From: Candidatus Omnitrophota bacterium
Lineage (GTDB): Bacteria > Omnitrophota > Gorgyraeia > Zapsychrales > JANLHA01
DNA: 57,811 nucleotides
NCBI GenBank assembly: GCA_040753435.1
Contig: JBFMEN010000071.1
Coordinates: forward strand, 1-57,811
Direction of reading: 5' to 3'
Below the pieces are notes generated by a model. It did no database searches, was not told the origin of the DNA, and saw only the letters and a program-made list of their open reading frames with translations. The translations under genes were made by a program, and so were the position numbers. The number at the start of each line of letters is the position of its first letter. Positions within the stretch are counted from its first letter, which is position 1. Positions 20,049 through 29,346 of the stretch are shown here, piece by piece.

Positions 20049-20642
20049 TTATTTTTTCTTCGGGAGTTTGATCACCAGCTTGCCGTCTTCCTTCCGGGTG
20101 TCCACTTTGCTGACATCAGCTTTATCAGGGACGGGGATTGACTGGATAAAAGAACTGAACGAACTTGCCTCAAAAACACCGTAAGGGTTTTCCCCGGACT
20201 CCTCTTTTGTCCGTTGGCCTTTCACGGTAATGGCTGCCTCATTAATTTCAACATTCAGTGTCTTTTCATCCAGATCCCCCACCTGAAACGTGATTTCATA
20301 GGCATCTTCGGTCTCTTTTATGTCAAAACTGGAATCGAAATCCATTTGACTCGAAAACATCCGCGGAGAGGTATTGTTATTAAAGAAGTATGAGTCGGCA
20401 AAAATCCGGCTCATTTCTTCCTGCATCCGCCTCATTTCAATCAAAGGATCCCATTGATGATCACGGGAACGCATGAAAGGGTCCTGAAAGGAACCCTGCC
20501 TTGCCTGCTCAAGTTCCTGAACGCGTTGTTGAAGTTCCAGAATCTGTTTTTTCAGATCTTCCACTTGATCTTCCGCAAGACAGGAAGAGCAAATCATAAT
20601 CGGCAATATCAAGGCCGATAATAATGTCAAAACGCGGCGCAT
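20049..20642 (-). CDS. Hsp20/alpha-crystallin protein with N-terminal signal peptide
   Basis: MRRVLTLLSALILPIMICSSCLA-E, short coiled coil, then DIKETEDAY...EDGKLVIKLPKK. Confidence 0.8.
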   Translation of the reverse strand: MRRVLTLLSALILPIMICSSCLAEDQVEDLKKQILELQQRVQELEQARQGSFQDPFMRSRDHQWDPLIEMRRMQEEMSRIFADSYFFNNNTSPRMFSSQMDFDSSFDIKETEDAYEITFQVGDLDEKTLNVEINEAAITVKGQRTKEESGENPYGVFEASSFSSFIQSIPVPDKADVSKVDTRKEDGKLVIKLPKKK

Positions 20643-20653
20643 ATTGCCTCCTT

Positions 20654-21028
20654 TCATTCCTGCGTCCTGATTTCGATTTTTTTCGGTATAACTTTTTCCG
20701 ACTTCGCCAGCAGGACTTTTAAAACCCCGTCTTTATATTCTGCTGAAATGCGTTCGGAATCAACGTCCATGTTCAGTTCAAATTCCCGTTCATACTCCGT
20801 GACCGTACGCTCCTGATGAATGGGGACGTATTCTTTTCCGATTTCGTCTTTGTGCTTCCTGCCGGAAATTTTTAAAGTACTGCCTTCAACCAGGACCTCA
20901 AGACTCTTTTTATCCATGCCCGGCATTTCGACGGCGAGTTCGACATGTTTCTCCATCTCGTAAATATTAACGCATGGCGCAGCCACCACATGCGGTTCTT
21001 TTTGTTTGTTCGTCGTATTAAGCAGCAT
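20654..21028 (-). CDS. Hsp20/alpha-crystallin protein
   Basis: VNIYE, EMPGMDK, ISAEYKDGVLKVLLAK; GGAGGTG RBS. Confidence 0.92.
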   Translation of the reverse strand: MLLNTTNKQKEPHVVAAPCVNIYEMEKHVELAVEMPGMDKKSLEVLVEGSTLKISGRKHKDEIGKEYVPIHQERTVTEYEREFELNMDVDSERISAEYKDGVLKVLLAKSEKVIPKKIEIRTQE

Positions 21029-21090
21029 ATCAATCACCTCCTGTCAATCTTCCGATTCGTTATAGAGGCGGAAGATTTTACTTTAAACGA

Positions 21091-21564
21091 TTAATGAATA
21101 TCGACAGAAATGCGTTTCGGTTTTGACTCTTCTTTTTTCGGCAAAGTCAATGTCAAAACTCCGTCGTGATATTTTGCCTCGACCTTGCTCGCATCAACGG
21201 AATTCGGCAAGGCGATGGTCCGATAAAAGGACCCGTAGAAACGCTCAGTCCGGAAACAATTCTCTTCCCTGACTTCCGACTCCTTCTTCTTTTCGCCTTT
21301 TAAAACAAGGTTGTCATCTTCAATCGTCACTTCAATCTCATCTTTCTTGAGCCCGGGAAGGTCTGCTTTCACCAGAATATTCTCCCTGGAATCGTAAATA
21401 TCGACAGAGGGTATCCATTGGCTCCCCAGCAATGTCATGTCTCCCGCGTGTCCTCGAGATAATGAAAGATTAAAGAGATCGTTCATCTGCTTCTGAATGT
21501 TTTCCATTTCAAAAAAAGGATCCATCCAGGAATTGTGTTTGTTGTTGTGCGGAATTAGTCTCAT
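21091..21564 (-). CDS. Hsp20/alpha-crystallin protein
   Basis: VDIYD, DLPGLKK, ERFYGSFYRTIALP, AKYHDGVLTLTLPK. Confidence 0.95.
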   Translation of the reverse strand: MRLIPHNNKHNSWMDPFFEMENIQKQMNDLFNLSLSRGHAGDMTLLGSQWIPSVDIYDSRENILVKADLPGLKKDEIEVTIEDDNLVLKGEKKKESEVREENCFRTERFYGSFYRTIALPNSVDASKVEAKYHDGVLTLTLPKKEESKPKRISVDIH

Positions 21565-21674
21565 CGCAACCACCTCCTCTTAAAAATTGAATTTAACTTT
21601 GCATGTTTAACACAAATAATTTCATGTCAGATTGAATATCCCCGGTTTCTCAATCACCTCCTTCAACCCCTTCC

Positions 21675-21701
21675 TTGGCACTCGCGGGTGGAGAGTGCTG
21701 A
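21675..21701. promoter_or_regulatory. CIRCE element (HrcA operator)
   Basis: TTGGCACTC-N9-GAGTGCTGA vs consensus TTAGCACTC-N9-GAGTGCTAA, upstream of the hsp20 cluster. Confidence 0.88.
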
Positions 21702-21718
21702 TTTCAGGGCAAAAAAAT

Positions 21719-22021
21719 TTAGCCGTTGCTTTCTTTATTAACCCTGGCCTCCATTTTTAAAATAATTTTCAAGCCCGGAATATTTACACTGTGGTCTCTG
21801 ATGTAAATCCAGCACTGCTCAACCTTTTTCAACTCGCGCTTCGAATAAAGCCGCGACTGTCCTTCAAATTCTCTCGGAGGAGAAACAATCCCTTCTTTAT
21901 CCAGTTGTTTCAGCGTCCAGACCGGGATGTCAAGAATCCTGCAAACCACGCCTGTGGTAAAAACAGGCATGTCATTATCGATTTCGACCTCCTGAAACTC
22001 TTTTTTATTGGTGCTTCTCAT
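21719..22021 (-). CDS. MerR-family (HspR-like) transcriptional regulator
   Basis: PVFTTGVVCRIL..PVWTLKQLDKEGIVSP.R...RLYS...VNIPGLK; adjacent to hsp20 genes. Confidence 0.75.
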   Translation of the reverse strand: MRSTNKKEFQEVEIDNDMPVFTTGVVCRILDIPVWTLKQLDKEGIVSPPREFEGQSRLYSKRELKKVEQCWIYIRDHSVNIPGLKIILKMEARVNKESNG

Positions 22022-22305
22022 GGGCTTTCCTTTTCCGTTTAAATTATAGCCTGTCATCAAAGATTTTGTCAATGGTTATAGGAAAATTTTTTTCGATAAT
22101 CGAAAATTTAACTTGGACAACCGCCTTTTGAAGATACGTCCATTACATCCGCTATCCCTTTTCAATAAGTCCTTTTAAAATGCGAAAAATCTGATTAAAA
22201 AGTGGAGGAATGTCTGGAAAAAGCGTCTTCCCCCCATTTGGAAATGTATTTCTTTCTGGTAAATTCTGATGTCCGTTTACCAAATGTACAAATAAAGGGG
22301 GGAGT

Positions 22306-23007
22306 ATGAAAAGGAAATACTTGCTTTTTTTAACCGGGTTAACGCTGCTTACGCTGATTGCGTTACCTGCCCACGCAACTGTCCTTGTCTTTAATCAGGG
22401 AATGGATGTGTGGTTGTCTTCTTCAGGCACGGCTGGAGACGGCGGTAATCCCAACCTGGGATGGGGACGATCAATCGGAGTCAACGCCAAAAATTATGAC
22501 ACATTGATCAAATTCACCAATGTTTTCGGGACAGATCCAAATCAAATCCCGTTGGGAAGCACGATCAACAGTGCGGTTATGAGCATGTGGGTAGGTTATG
22601 ATAACAACGACACCAGTTATATTTATCAGATGACCCACGACTGGAATGAAGCTTCCTCATGGACGACCATTGGAAGCACGGGCGGGATCGTCGCGGGAGT
22701 GAATACTGAAGCCGCCCCCGAATTCCAATGGACAGGAACAACCGATGCGTGGTCTCAAAGGGCCTTTGATCTCACCGCGTCTGTACAGGACTGGTCCGGC
22801 GGCGCTGACCAATTCGGATGGGGCATCACCAAATCACGAAACGGTATCGTAACGGCAACGTCATTGAATTATTCAACGGCATCCTATCGTCCTTTCCTGA
22901 CAGTGGATTTCTCTCCGGCGGCTGTGGTTCCAGAGCCTGCAAGCATTGCCATGATGGGATTGGGGTTATGCGGATTATTTGGAAAGTATCATAAGCGTTT
23001 TATTTAA
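22306..23007 (+). CDS. PEP-CTERM surface protein (DNRLRE/CBM96-like domain)
   Basis: Signal peptide; TLIKF...IPLGSTINSA...WNE..RPFLTV; C-terminal VPEPASIAMMGLGLCGLFGKYHKR. Confidence 0.85.
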   Translation: MKRKYLLFLTGLTLLTLIALPAHATVLVFNQGMDVWLSSSGTAGDGGNPNLGWGRSIGVNAKNYDTLIKFTNVFGTDPNQIPLGSTINSAVMSMWVGYDNNDTSYIYQMTHDWNEASSWTTIGSTGGIVAGVNTEAAPEFQWTGTTDAWSQRAFDLTASVQDWSGGADQFGWGITKSRNGIVTATSLNYSTASYRPFLTVDFSPAAVVPEPASIAMMGLGLCGLFGKYHKRFI

Positions 23008-23037
23008 GGAAGAACTGGATTTGTTAAACGGATAACT

Positions 23038-23072
23038 GAAAGGGACGCGAAAGACAACATCGCGCCCCTTTT
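23038..23072 (+). terminator. Probable intrinsic terminator
   Basis: AGGGACGCGA...TCGCGCCCCT imperfect stem followed by T-tract after the PEP-CTERM stop. Confidence 0.55.
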
Positions 23073-23146
23073 AATTTAGAAATTCTGAATCCCGGAATCT
23101 CTGGTCAGATTAATCGTTAAGTAAAATCCAGCCATCACCTTTTTAC

Positions 23147-25372
23147 TCAATCCAGTAAAAATTCCTTGAGGTAATTGCACGCCCTGCGGACAAACTTTTG
23201 TTTCAGCAAAGGTTCATATTGTCTGATGACGAGACCGCTGCATGTAATACGCTCCATAATCCTGTCGGTTCTCATTCCAGTGATATTGCTCGCGATCCCC
23301 CATGAATAGCTCGCGCCCATGACCACAAGGTCGTGCCCCGCCGATTCTTCGATAACGGCGGATACCATGGAATCAGACTCAACGATTCGAATGTCTCCTT
23401 TGACTCCCAAATCACTCACGCCGGTTTCCATGATTTCCCTGATTTTCGAAATCTCCTCTCCAGGAGTCTCTCTATCGACAATGTGCAGGAAGGTGACAGC
23501 GGCGCCGGTACCGAGAAAAAGGCGCTTCACGATCTGCGCGACTGCCTGGGAGTGGAGCCCTCCGCCGTAGGGATAAAGAATTTTTTTAACGCCCGCGTTC
23601 TGACCCTTTTTGAAAATTCCAATGTTGGCAGGAAGTTCTTCCATCGCCCGATACACAAACCCGGACAACATGCGGTAGGCAAAATTCGACGGATGCCATC
23701 CCAGAATGACCATGTCCGGCATCGTCTCCATGACCGTCTTCTTTAAGGAAGGGATCACGTGGCGGGACAACATCAGCAACGGTTCTGAAATCAAACTGCT
23801 CTTCCCCGCAATCCTGTTAACATCCAGGACGATTTGCTTATGCTGATTACTTTGCAGAACAACGTCATCATATCCTGAATCCAGAGGAATCATCTCAGGG
23901 ACGTCAACGATGTGCACAGGCTGGACAATGCCATGGCCGTAAGCGGCAATCTTAAGGCTGACATCAATGATCGCTTCCATGGTTGCAGGCGAAGCAACAG
24001 GAACAAGAACTTTGTAGCCGCTGTGCCGATACTGCTTTCTGATTTGAACAGGCGCAATGGGCATGGGAGAAATAATTTTGGGAGATCGTTTGAGACCGGG
24101 AAGAAAAATAAAATAATACAGAATCCCGGCCGCGGTGATACCGAAGGCGGCGGACAAAGCGGTAAAATTATTCAACATCAGCCGGATTACCAGAAAGATA
24201 TTAACGGCGATTCCGGCAACGGGCATCAGGGGGTAAAACGGAACCCTGAAAGATCTCTTTGCGTCCGGCTTTTTTTCCCGGAATATAATCAGGGCCACAT
24301 TGACAAAACTGTATCCGGTAAGCGCGAACACGCTTGTCACGGTTGAAATGTTCTCCAGATTTTTCAAGCTTGTCGAAATGGCCACAATGAAAGCTGCAAC
24401 CAGAACGGAAAATATCGGAGTCTTCGTCCTCGCGTTAATATTCTTGAACATGGCGGGAAGATGGTTGTCTCTGGCCATGGCAAAGGATGTTCGGGATGCC
24501 GCCATCATGGCGGTATTGATCGATGACAAAGTGGCAAAAATACCCGCCAGCGCGAACAATTTTCCCCCCAGACTCCCGCCCATTCTGACGGCAGTGTTTG
24601 TCATCGGAGTATTGGTAACGGACGTGACCAGCCTTTCCCAGGGTATCAAGGCGCTTCCCAGGAAAAATACGGCGGCCTTAATAAAAATAACAACGGCCAG
24701 GGAAATAATGATCGCCCTGGGAATCGTTTTTTCCGGATCAACGATCTCCTCGCTGGCTGTGGTCACCAATCCGTAACCGATATAGGTAATATACAGAAAA
24801 CCCATCGCCGTCCACATCCCGCTCATGCCCCTCGGAAAAAAAGGCCGCTGATAACTCAAATCAGCAAAGAAGAACCCCGACACGATGTAGAGACCCAGGA
24901 GCAGGACAAGCCCGGTCGTGATCACGTCCTGGAGCAATCCAGTATTTTCAACTCCCCTGATATTTGTAAACATGACATAAATGATAAGGACGTAAGCGGC
25001 GAGATAGACAGGGACCGAAGGAAAAAAATAGTTCAGGAAATTGCCGAAACCGATCGCGTAAAGTCCGCATGACATCGCGTAGGCCAGCCAAAACCCCCAA
25101 CCGGTGATAAAAGCGACGAGTCCGTTACCCGCGGCTTCCCGGGCGTAGACATAACCTCCGCCGGCATGCGGGACGATCGTTACGAGTTCGGCAAAACTCA
25201 GAGCAGTCGGAAAAGCGGCAAGTCCCGCAAGAAATACCGCCAACGATGCGGCGGGCCCCGCTGTCTCGTAACTTGTCCCGGCAAGCACGAAGATCGCGGA
25301 ACCGATCATCGTGCCTACGCTAATCGTGATAGCGGAAAACAAACCAAGCGTCCGGTCGAGTTTCTTTTTCAT
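23147..25372 (-). CDS. APC-family permease fused to two universal-stress (USP)-like domains
   Basis: GTMIGSAIF, AELVTIVPHAGGGY, SEEIVDPEKTIPRAI; C-terminal VLVPVASP and ILYPYGGG...DLVVMGA. Confidence 0.88.
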   Translation of the reverse strand: MKKKLDRTLGLFSAITISVGTMIGSAIFVLAGTSYETAGPAASLAVFLAGLAAFPTALSFAELVTIVPHAGGGYVYAREAAGNGLVAFITGWGFWLAYAMSCGLYAIGFGNFLNYFFPSVPVYLAAYVLIIYVMFTNIRGVENTGLLQDVITTGLVLLLGLYIVSGFFFADLSYQRPFFPRGMSGMWTAMGFLYITYIGYGLVTTASEEIVDPEKTIPRAIIISLAVVIFIKAAVFFLGSALIPWERLVTSVTNTPMTNTAVRMGGSLGGKLFALAGIFATLSSINTAMMAASRTSFAMARDNHLPAMFKNINARTKTPIFSVLVAAFIVAISTSLKNLENISTVTSVFALTGYSFVNVALIIFREKKPDAKRSFRVPFYPLMPVAGIAVNIFLVIRLMLNNFTALSAAFGITAAGILYYFIFLPGLKRSPKIISPMPIAPVQIRKQYRHSGYKVLVPVASPATMEAIIDVSLKIAAYGHGIVQPVHIVDVPEMIPLDSGYDDVVLQSNQHKQIVLDVNRIAGKSSLISEPLLMLSRHVIPSLKKTVMETMPDMVILGWHPSNFAYRMLSGFVYRAMEELPANIGIFKKGQNAGVKKILYPYGGGLHSQAVAQIVKRLFLGTGAAVTFLHIVDRETPGEEISKIREIMETGVSDLGVKGDIRIVESDSMVSAVIEESAGHDLVVMGASYSWGIASNITGMRTDRIMERITCSGLVIRQYEPLLKQKFVRRACNYLKEFLLD

Positions 25373-25402
25373 GGGTCAGGTTTTTTCGCCGCTGTTAAAA
25401 AT

Positions 25403-25425
25403 AAAAAACCAGAGAGTCACTCTGG
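25403..25425 (-). terminator. Riboswitch expression-platform intrinsic terminator
   Basis: Minus strand CCAGAG-TGACT-CTCTGG-TTTTTT between aptamer and start codon. Confidence 0.7.
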
Positions 25426-25436
25426 TCAACTCTCTC

Positions 25437-25605
25437 ATTGGTTTACGAGGTTAGCTGTCGGGCTGGAGGTGAGCGCCTCTTATTCATGCTCGCAATCCGG
25501 TTGCGATTTCATGATATTCGCCCCAAGATCCTTTTGAAGGAATCTTTGTGGTTTCCCCGCTTCCCGCCGATTTAATAAAAATCTCTCGGCAGGAATTCAA
25601 CCATT
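25437..25605 (-). ncRNA. c-di-AMP (ydaO/yuaA) riboswitch
   Basis: Minus strand GGTTGAAT...GCGGGGAAACC...TTGGGGCGAAT...AGCCCGACAGCTAACCTCGTAAACC matches the ydaO conserved blocks in order. Confidence 0.9.
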
Positions 25606-25680
25606 TGTGAATTGATTATACCATAAAAAAATTTTCCGGCCGGGATCTTTTATGAAGGCCGGTCAAAACCGGCATCGATC

Positions 25681-26958
25681 TTACTCCAATTTCATCCGGA
25701 CAAAGGCCAGATAAGACATGGGCGTCTTGCCATAAACAGATTCGATGTCGTCCGGAATAAAATTAATGCCGACGGAGAAACCTATCCCCCAGCGCACATT
25801 TTTCCAGGCAGGAAAGTCATATATATATCCTGCGGTTGCCTTTCGAACCGTGTGGGTTCCGGACAGAGGATCATCATGGTCAAACAGCTCGTCTTTTTCA
25901 ACCTGTTCGGCTCGGCTGAAAAACGTGTGGGCTTTCCGGATATTTACTGCGGTTTCAAATAAAAAAGCGTCTGTGCTCTTGCCGGGAAATTTCGTATTCC
26001 TTCCCCAGGCCAGCGTCGACTGCCAGTTATTTTCGTCTAAAGGTTTGTTATGCGTCACAGATGCGGTATAACGGTTCATGTCGGTCAGGGGCTCAAGTTG
26101 TTCCGGGCTGTCGATATGTCCGGCGCTTATTTGCATCGACCAGTTGTTCGTCGGATTATATGTCAGGCGTCCGGAAATGGAATCGAACTTTGGCGCCTCG
26201 ATATCCCACCGGTCTTCATCCGGCTCGCGTCCGCGGAAGACCGAGGCCTCGGCCTTCACAGTGTTACGGATATAACCCAGAGTCGCAACGCCAAAAGTAA
26301 TGTGGGTCGCATCAATCCAGTGATGGGACAATGGCGCCTCCGGATTAAAAAGTCCGGGAAAACGATGTGGATACGGAGTCGGACCCAGGGCCGGCTCTCC
26401 CGGCAAACCGAAATAGGCGAACCAGGAATCTTTTTCCGACACCGGATAACTGTATGTCAAGGCAAGTTCTGAAACAAAATCATGGGGATGCTGGCGATCG
26501 ACCAGGGGAGAAACGCCGTCGGGAGTTTCCCCTGTCTGCAAAAGCAGCGGATAGCCGTCCTTGCCCTTGATCGGGTCCAGTGAAAACATGCTTCGGAATC
26601 CAATCCTGCCTTCATTAAACGGACGATGCGCCATGAACATGAACATACTGTTGGTGTGAAGCTCTTCGTCGCCGCGGTCACCCTCTTGCTTATTGTAAAC
26701 TCCGTAAATAAATCCGTGCGTCATGGTCATCCATTCACCGATGGTCATTTCCAGGCCTTCCATCGGGGCCGATTGGGGCTGCCAGCTTGTTCCGGAGGAT
26801 TCGCGGCTCGCGGGATAGCCGCCGTACATGGCCGTCATTCCATGTCCGGACTGCGGCTTCTCGCGAGCCTCATACGTTCCATGATCGTGCTGGGCTTTTA
26901 CCGCCGATACCGGCACAATAATCAGTAAAACCATGAACGGAAAAAAATATTTAAACAT
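25681..26958 (-). CDS. Outer-membrane beta-barrel-like protein with His/Met-rich N-terminus (putative metal uptake/binding)
   Basis: Signal peptide; QHDHG..HGMTAM; SGTSWQP; DRQHPHD; HHWIDATHI; amphipathic terminal strand. Confidence 0.6.
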   Translation of the reverse strand: MFKYFFPFMVLLIIVPVSAVKAQHDHGTYEAREKPQSGHGMTAMYGGYPASRESSGTSWQPQSAPMEGLEMTIGEWMTMTHGFIYGVYNKQEGDRGDEELHTNSMFMFMAHRPFNEGRIGFRSMFSLDPIKGKDGYPLLLQTGETPDGVSPLVDRQHPHDFVSELALTYSYPVSEKDSWFAYFGLPGEPALGPTPYPHRFPGLFNPEAPLSHHWIDATHITFGVATLGYIRNTVKAEASVFRGREPDEDRWDIEAPKFDSISGRLTYNPTNNWSMQISAGHIDSPEQLEPLTDMNRYTASVTHNKPLDENNWQSTLAWGRNTKFPGKSTDAFLFETAVNIRKAHTFFSRAEQVEKDELFDHDDPLSGTHTVRKATAGYIYDFPAWKNVRWGIGFSVGINFIPDDIESVYGKTPMSYLAFVRMKLE

Positions 26959-27097
26959 AATTCCCCCGGGTTATATCTTAAAATCATTAAAGTCACTATA
27001 TCCCAGGGAAACATTTCCAGAAACCACCCAGTTCCCTCATTTTCTGGTCATTGTCCACCCGCCGGTTTTCGGGGCGCGGATCAATCGATAATAATGA

Positions 27098-27661
27098 TCA
27101 AAAAATATTCAGATGTTCCAGAAGGATTTTAAATCCGATGAGGATGAGAATTGTTCCGGCAAGAACTTCCACTTTCTTCTCAAAAATGTGCCCGAATTTG
27201 TTGCCGATCATAAATCCGGCAAAGGACATGGCGAATGTGACGGCCCCGATGATCACGACAGGCGCCAGGATCGATACGTTTAAAAAAGACAGGCTCAACC
27301 CGACGACGAGGGCATCAATGCTGGTCGCAAGGCCGAGGACGGCAAGGACGGCCGAAGAAATTTCTTTGGAGACGCTTTCAAGTTTCTCCAGCTTAACCGC
27401 TTCATAAATCATTTTACTGCCAACAAGGAAAAGAAGCGTGAACGCCAGCCAATGGTCCACCTGAGCGATCAGATGATAAAACATCCGGCCGGAGATCCAT
27501 CCCAGGACCGGCATAAGCATCTGAAAGCCGCCGAAACAAAGACCGAACCTGAAGGCGTGATAAACCTTTTGTTTCCTGGTAATAATCCCGCTTGCAATGG
27601 ACACGGCAAAGGCATCCATGGACAACGCGAGCGCGATTAAAAAAATGGTAAGAATGCTCAT
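27098..27661 (-). CDS. mntP: Manganese efflux pump
   Basis: ALSMDAFAVS, FQMLMP, DHWLAF, ATSIDAL. Confidence 0.92.
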   Translation of the reverse strand: MSILTIFLIALALSMDAFAVSIASGIITRKQKVYHAFRFGLCFGGFQMLMPVLGWISGRMFYHLIAQVDHWLAFTLLFLVGSKMIYEAVKLEKLESVSKEISSAVLAVLGLATSIDALVVGLSLSFLNVSILAPVVIIGAVTFAMSFAGFMIGNKFGHIFEKKVEVLAGTILILIGFKILLEHLNIF

Positions 27662-27688
27662 ATCAGCGGCCTTTGAAACTAATATCTC

Positions 27689-28207
27689 TTATGGATTCAG
27701 ACCTTCCTCATGCATCCTGCGATGCATCCTCTTCTGACCAACCCTTGATTTTCTGCGTTCTTTCAATTCGAAAAATTTATTAAACTGTTCCGCCGTCAGG
27801 ATTTCACGGACCTGAAGGATCCCCTCCAGCCTGTGATCAGCCATTTGGTTATTGATAGTCTTTAACTGTTCATGAATGCTGTGGATCTTCGCGATATCCA
27901 AATCAGTCTTTTCAAGCTCGGTCTTCAACTGCTCCCTCAACGTTTTGGTCAACTCAATGTACTGCCTGCTTTGCTCGCGATGGATGGCGCGATGTTCATC
28001 GAGTTTCTGCTGCTGAACATCATCCAGGCCCAGTTCTTCTTTCACTCTTGCTTTGATTTTCTCTATCGAGTTTCCTTTAAATCCCTGGCCATCCTGCATC
28101 ATCCCCTCGTGAAACCCTCCCATATCCTGAAAAGGCTGGGCGCAGACTAACCCGGACAATCCCGGCAGAAAAACAATCAGCACAAATAATAAAAATTTTA
28201 TTTTCAT
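27689..28207 (-). CDS. Spy/CpxP/ZraP-family periplasmic protein
   Basis: Signal peptide; LGLDDVQQQKL and ILTAEQ (LTxxQ) motifs; Met/His-rich ends. Confidence 0.82.
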   Translation of the reverse strand: MKIKFLLFVLIVFLPGLSGLVCAQPFQDMGGFHEGMMQDGQGFKGNSIEKIKARVKEELGLDDVQQQKLDEHRAIHREQSRQYIELTKTLREQLKTELEKTDLDIAKIHSIHEQLKTINNQMADHRLEGILQVREILTAEQFNKFFELKERRKSRVGQKRMHRRMHEEGLNP

Positions 28208-28224
28208 ATCGACCTCCTTGCTCT

Positions 28225-28734
28225 TTAAAGAAAATACCGTTCAATCGCGGGGCTGTACTCCTCTTCGCTGTCATCATCATTTAACAAGTACGCCACGAAG
28301 TCTATCTCGTCTGAAACATTTTCGGGCAAATCCTGACCGTTATTTTCCGCCTCCTGAATAATCGCATTATTTTTAACAAGGGCGGGATGTTTCTGCTTTA
28401 TATTAAAAAAGATGCCCGCCGAGACGAGCAGCGCGAACAGGGCAAACGCGGCCGCTGGTTTTGGAAAAATAATCTGCCACAGGCGCTCCGCCCGGCCTTC
28501 CCGCAGGACATCCTCGGCATTGATGCGCTCCTTGATCCCCTGCCAGACCCTTTCCGGCGGGGCATTCCGCTGCGAGCCTTTAAACGGTTCGACTGAAAGC
28601 CCGGCCAGGGAAAAAAATTTACGGCATCCGGAACATGACGCCAAATGCGACTCAACCTTCTTTCTGGTTTCCTCCGGGATTTCGTTGTCCAGATACCCGG
28701 TCAATAAATGCTCCTGGCATTTTTTACATTTCAT
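28225..28734 (-). CDS. Zinc-finger (zf-HC2) anti-sigma factor
   Basis: C..(YLDNE)...HLASCSGC plus one TM helix; overlaps the ECF sigma stop. Confidence 0.88.
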   Translation of the reverse strand: MKCKKCQEHLLTGYLDNEIPEETRKKVESHLASCSGCRKFFSLAGLSVEPFKGSQRNAPPERVWQGIKERINAEDVLREGRAERLWQIIFPKPAAAFALFALLVSAGIFFNIKQKHPALVKNNAIIQEAENNGQDLPENVSDEIDFVAYLLNDDDSEEEYSPAIERYFL

Positions 28735-29281
28735 GGCTCATCACCTTTTTTCTTAAATTCATCAGGACTTCCCTGGCCCGTTTCAACCGAGACCGGACCG
28801 TATTAATATTTATGTTCATGACCTCGGCGATCTCCTGATAACTCAGGCCCTCGATATTCCTTAATACAATACATGCCCGGTGGTCCGGGGTCAGCGAGTG
28901 CAGCAATGCGTCCACGGTTTTTTCATGATAATCCCGGTCAATGTCATCATGGGTCTGTGAAGAAACCGGAGAGTCCATCCAGTCTTCATATTTAACTGTA
29001 TTGGCCCGTTCTTTTGTCCATTTTTTGCTCATATTGATCGCCGTGTTGATCGTGATCCGGTAAACCCAGGTCTTTAATGAGGAATGAAACCCGAAACTCC
29101 TTAACTTGCGGTGAAGAAGGATGAAAACTTCCTGGGTCACTTCCTCGGCATCGTCTGAAGTTCGAACAATCCTGCGCGCGACATTGAAAACAAAACGTCC
29201 ATGCGTGCGGTAAATCGCTTCAAAAGCGGCGGGGTCTCCCTGAGCTGCTTTTCTGATAATGTCTTCAGGAATCTCGATCAT
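28724..29281 (-). CDS. ECF RNA polymerase sigma factor
   Basis: DAEEVTQEVF, TWVYRITIN, GLSYQEIAEVM..NTVRSRLKRAR. Confidence 0.93.
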   Translation of the reverse strand: MIEIPEDIIRKAAQGDPAAFEAIYRTHGRFVFNVARRIVRTSDDAEEVTQEVFILLHRKLRSFGFHSSLKTWVYRITINTAINMSKKWTKERANTVKYEDWMDSPVSSQTHDDIDRDYHEKTVDALLHSLTPDHRACIVLRNIEGLSYQEIAEVMNININTVRSRLKRAREVLMNLRKKVMSHEM

Positions 29282-29298
29282 ATCCCCTCTCTGCCTTT

Positions 29299-29327
29299 TT
29301 AGACAAAACGGCAGCATAAAAAGTTCC
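29299..29327 (-). promoter_or_regulatory. ECF sigma promoter (autoregulatory)
   Basis: Minus strand GGAACTT-N16-GTCTAA directly upstream of the ECF sigma gene. Confidence 0.75.
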
Positions 29328-29346
29328 GCAAGAATGAGGTCTTGCG

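Noticed and set aside
27662-27688. yybP-ykoY Mn riboswitch before mntP
   Set aside because: The gap is only 27 bp.
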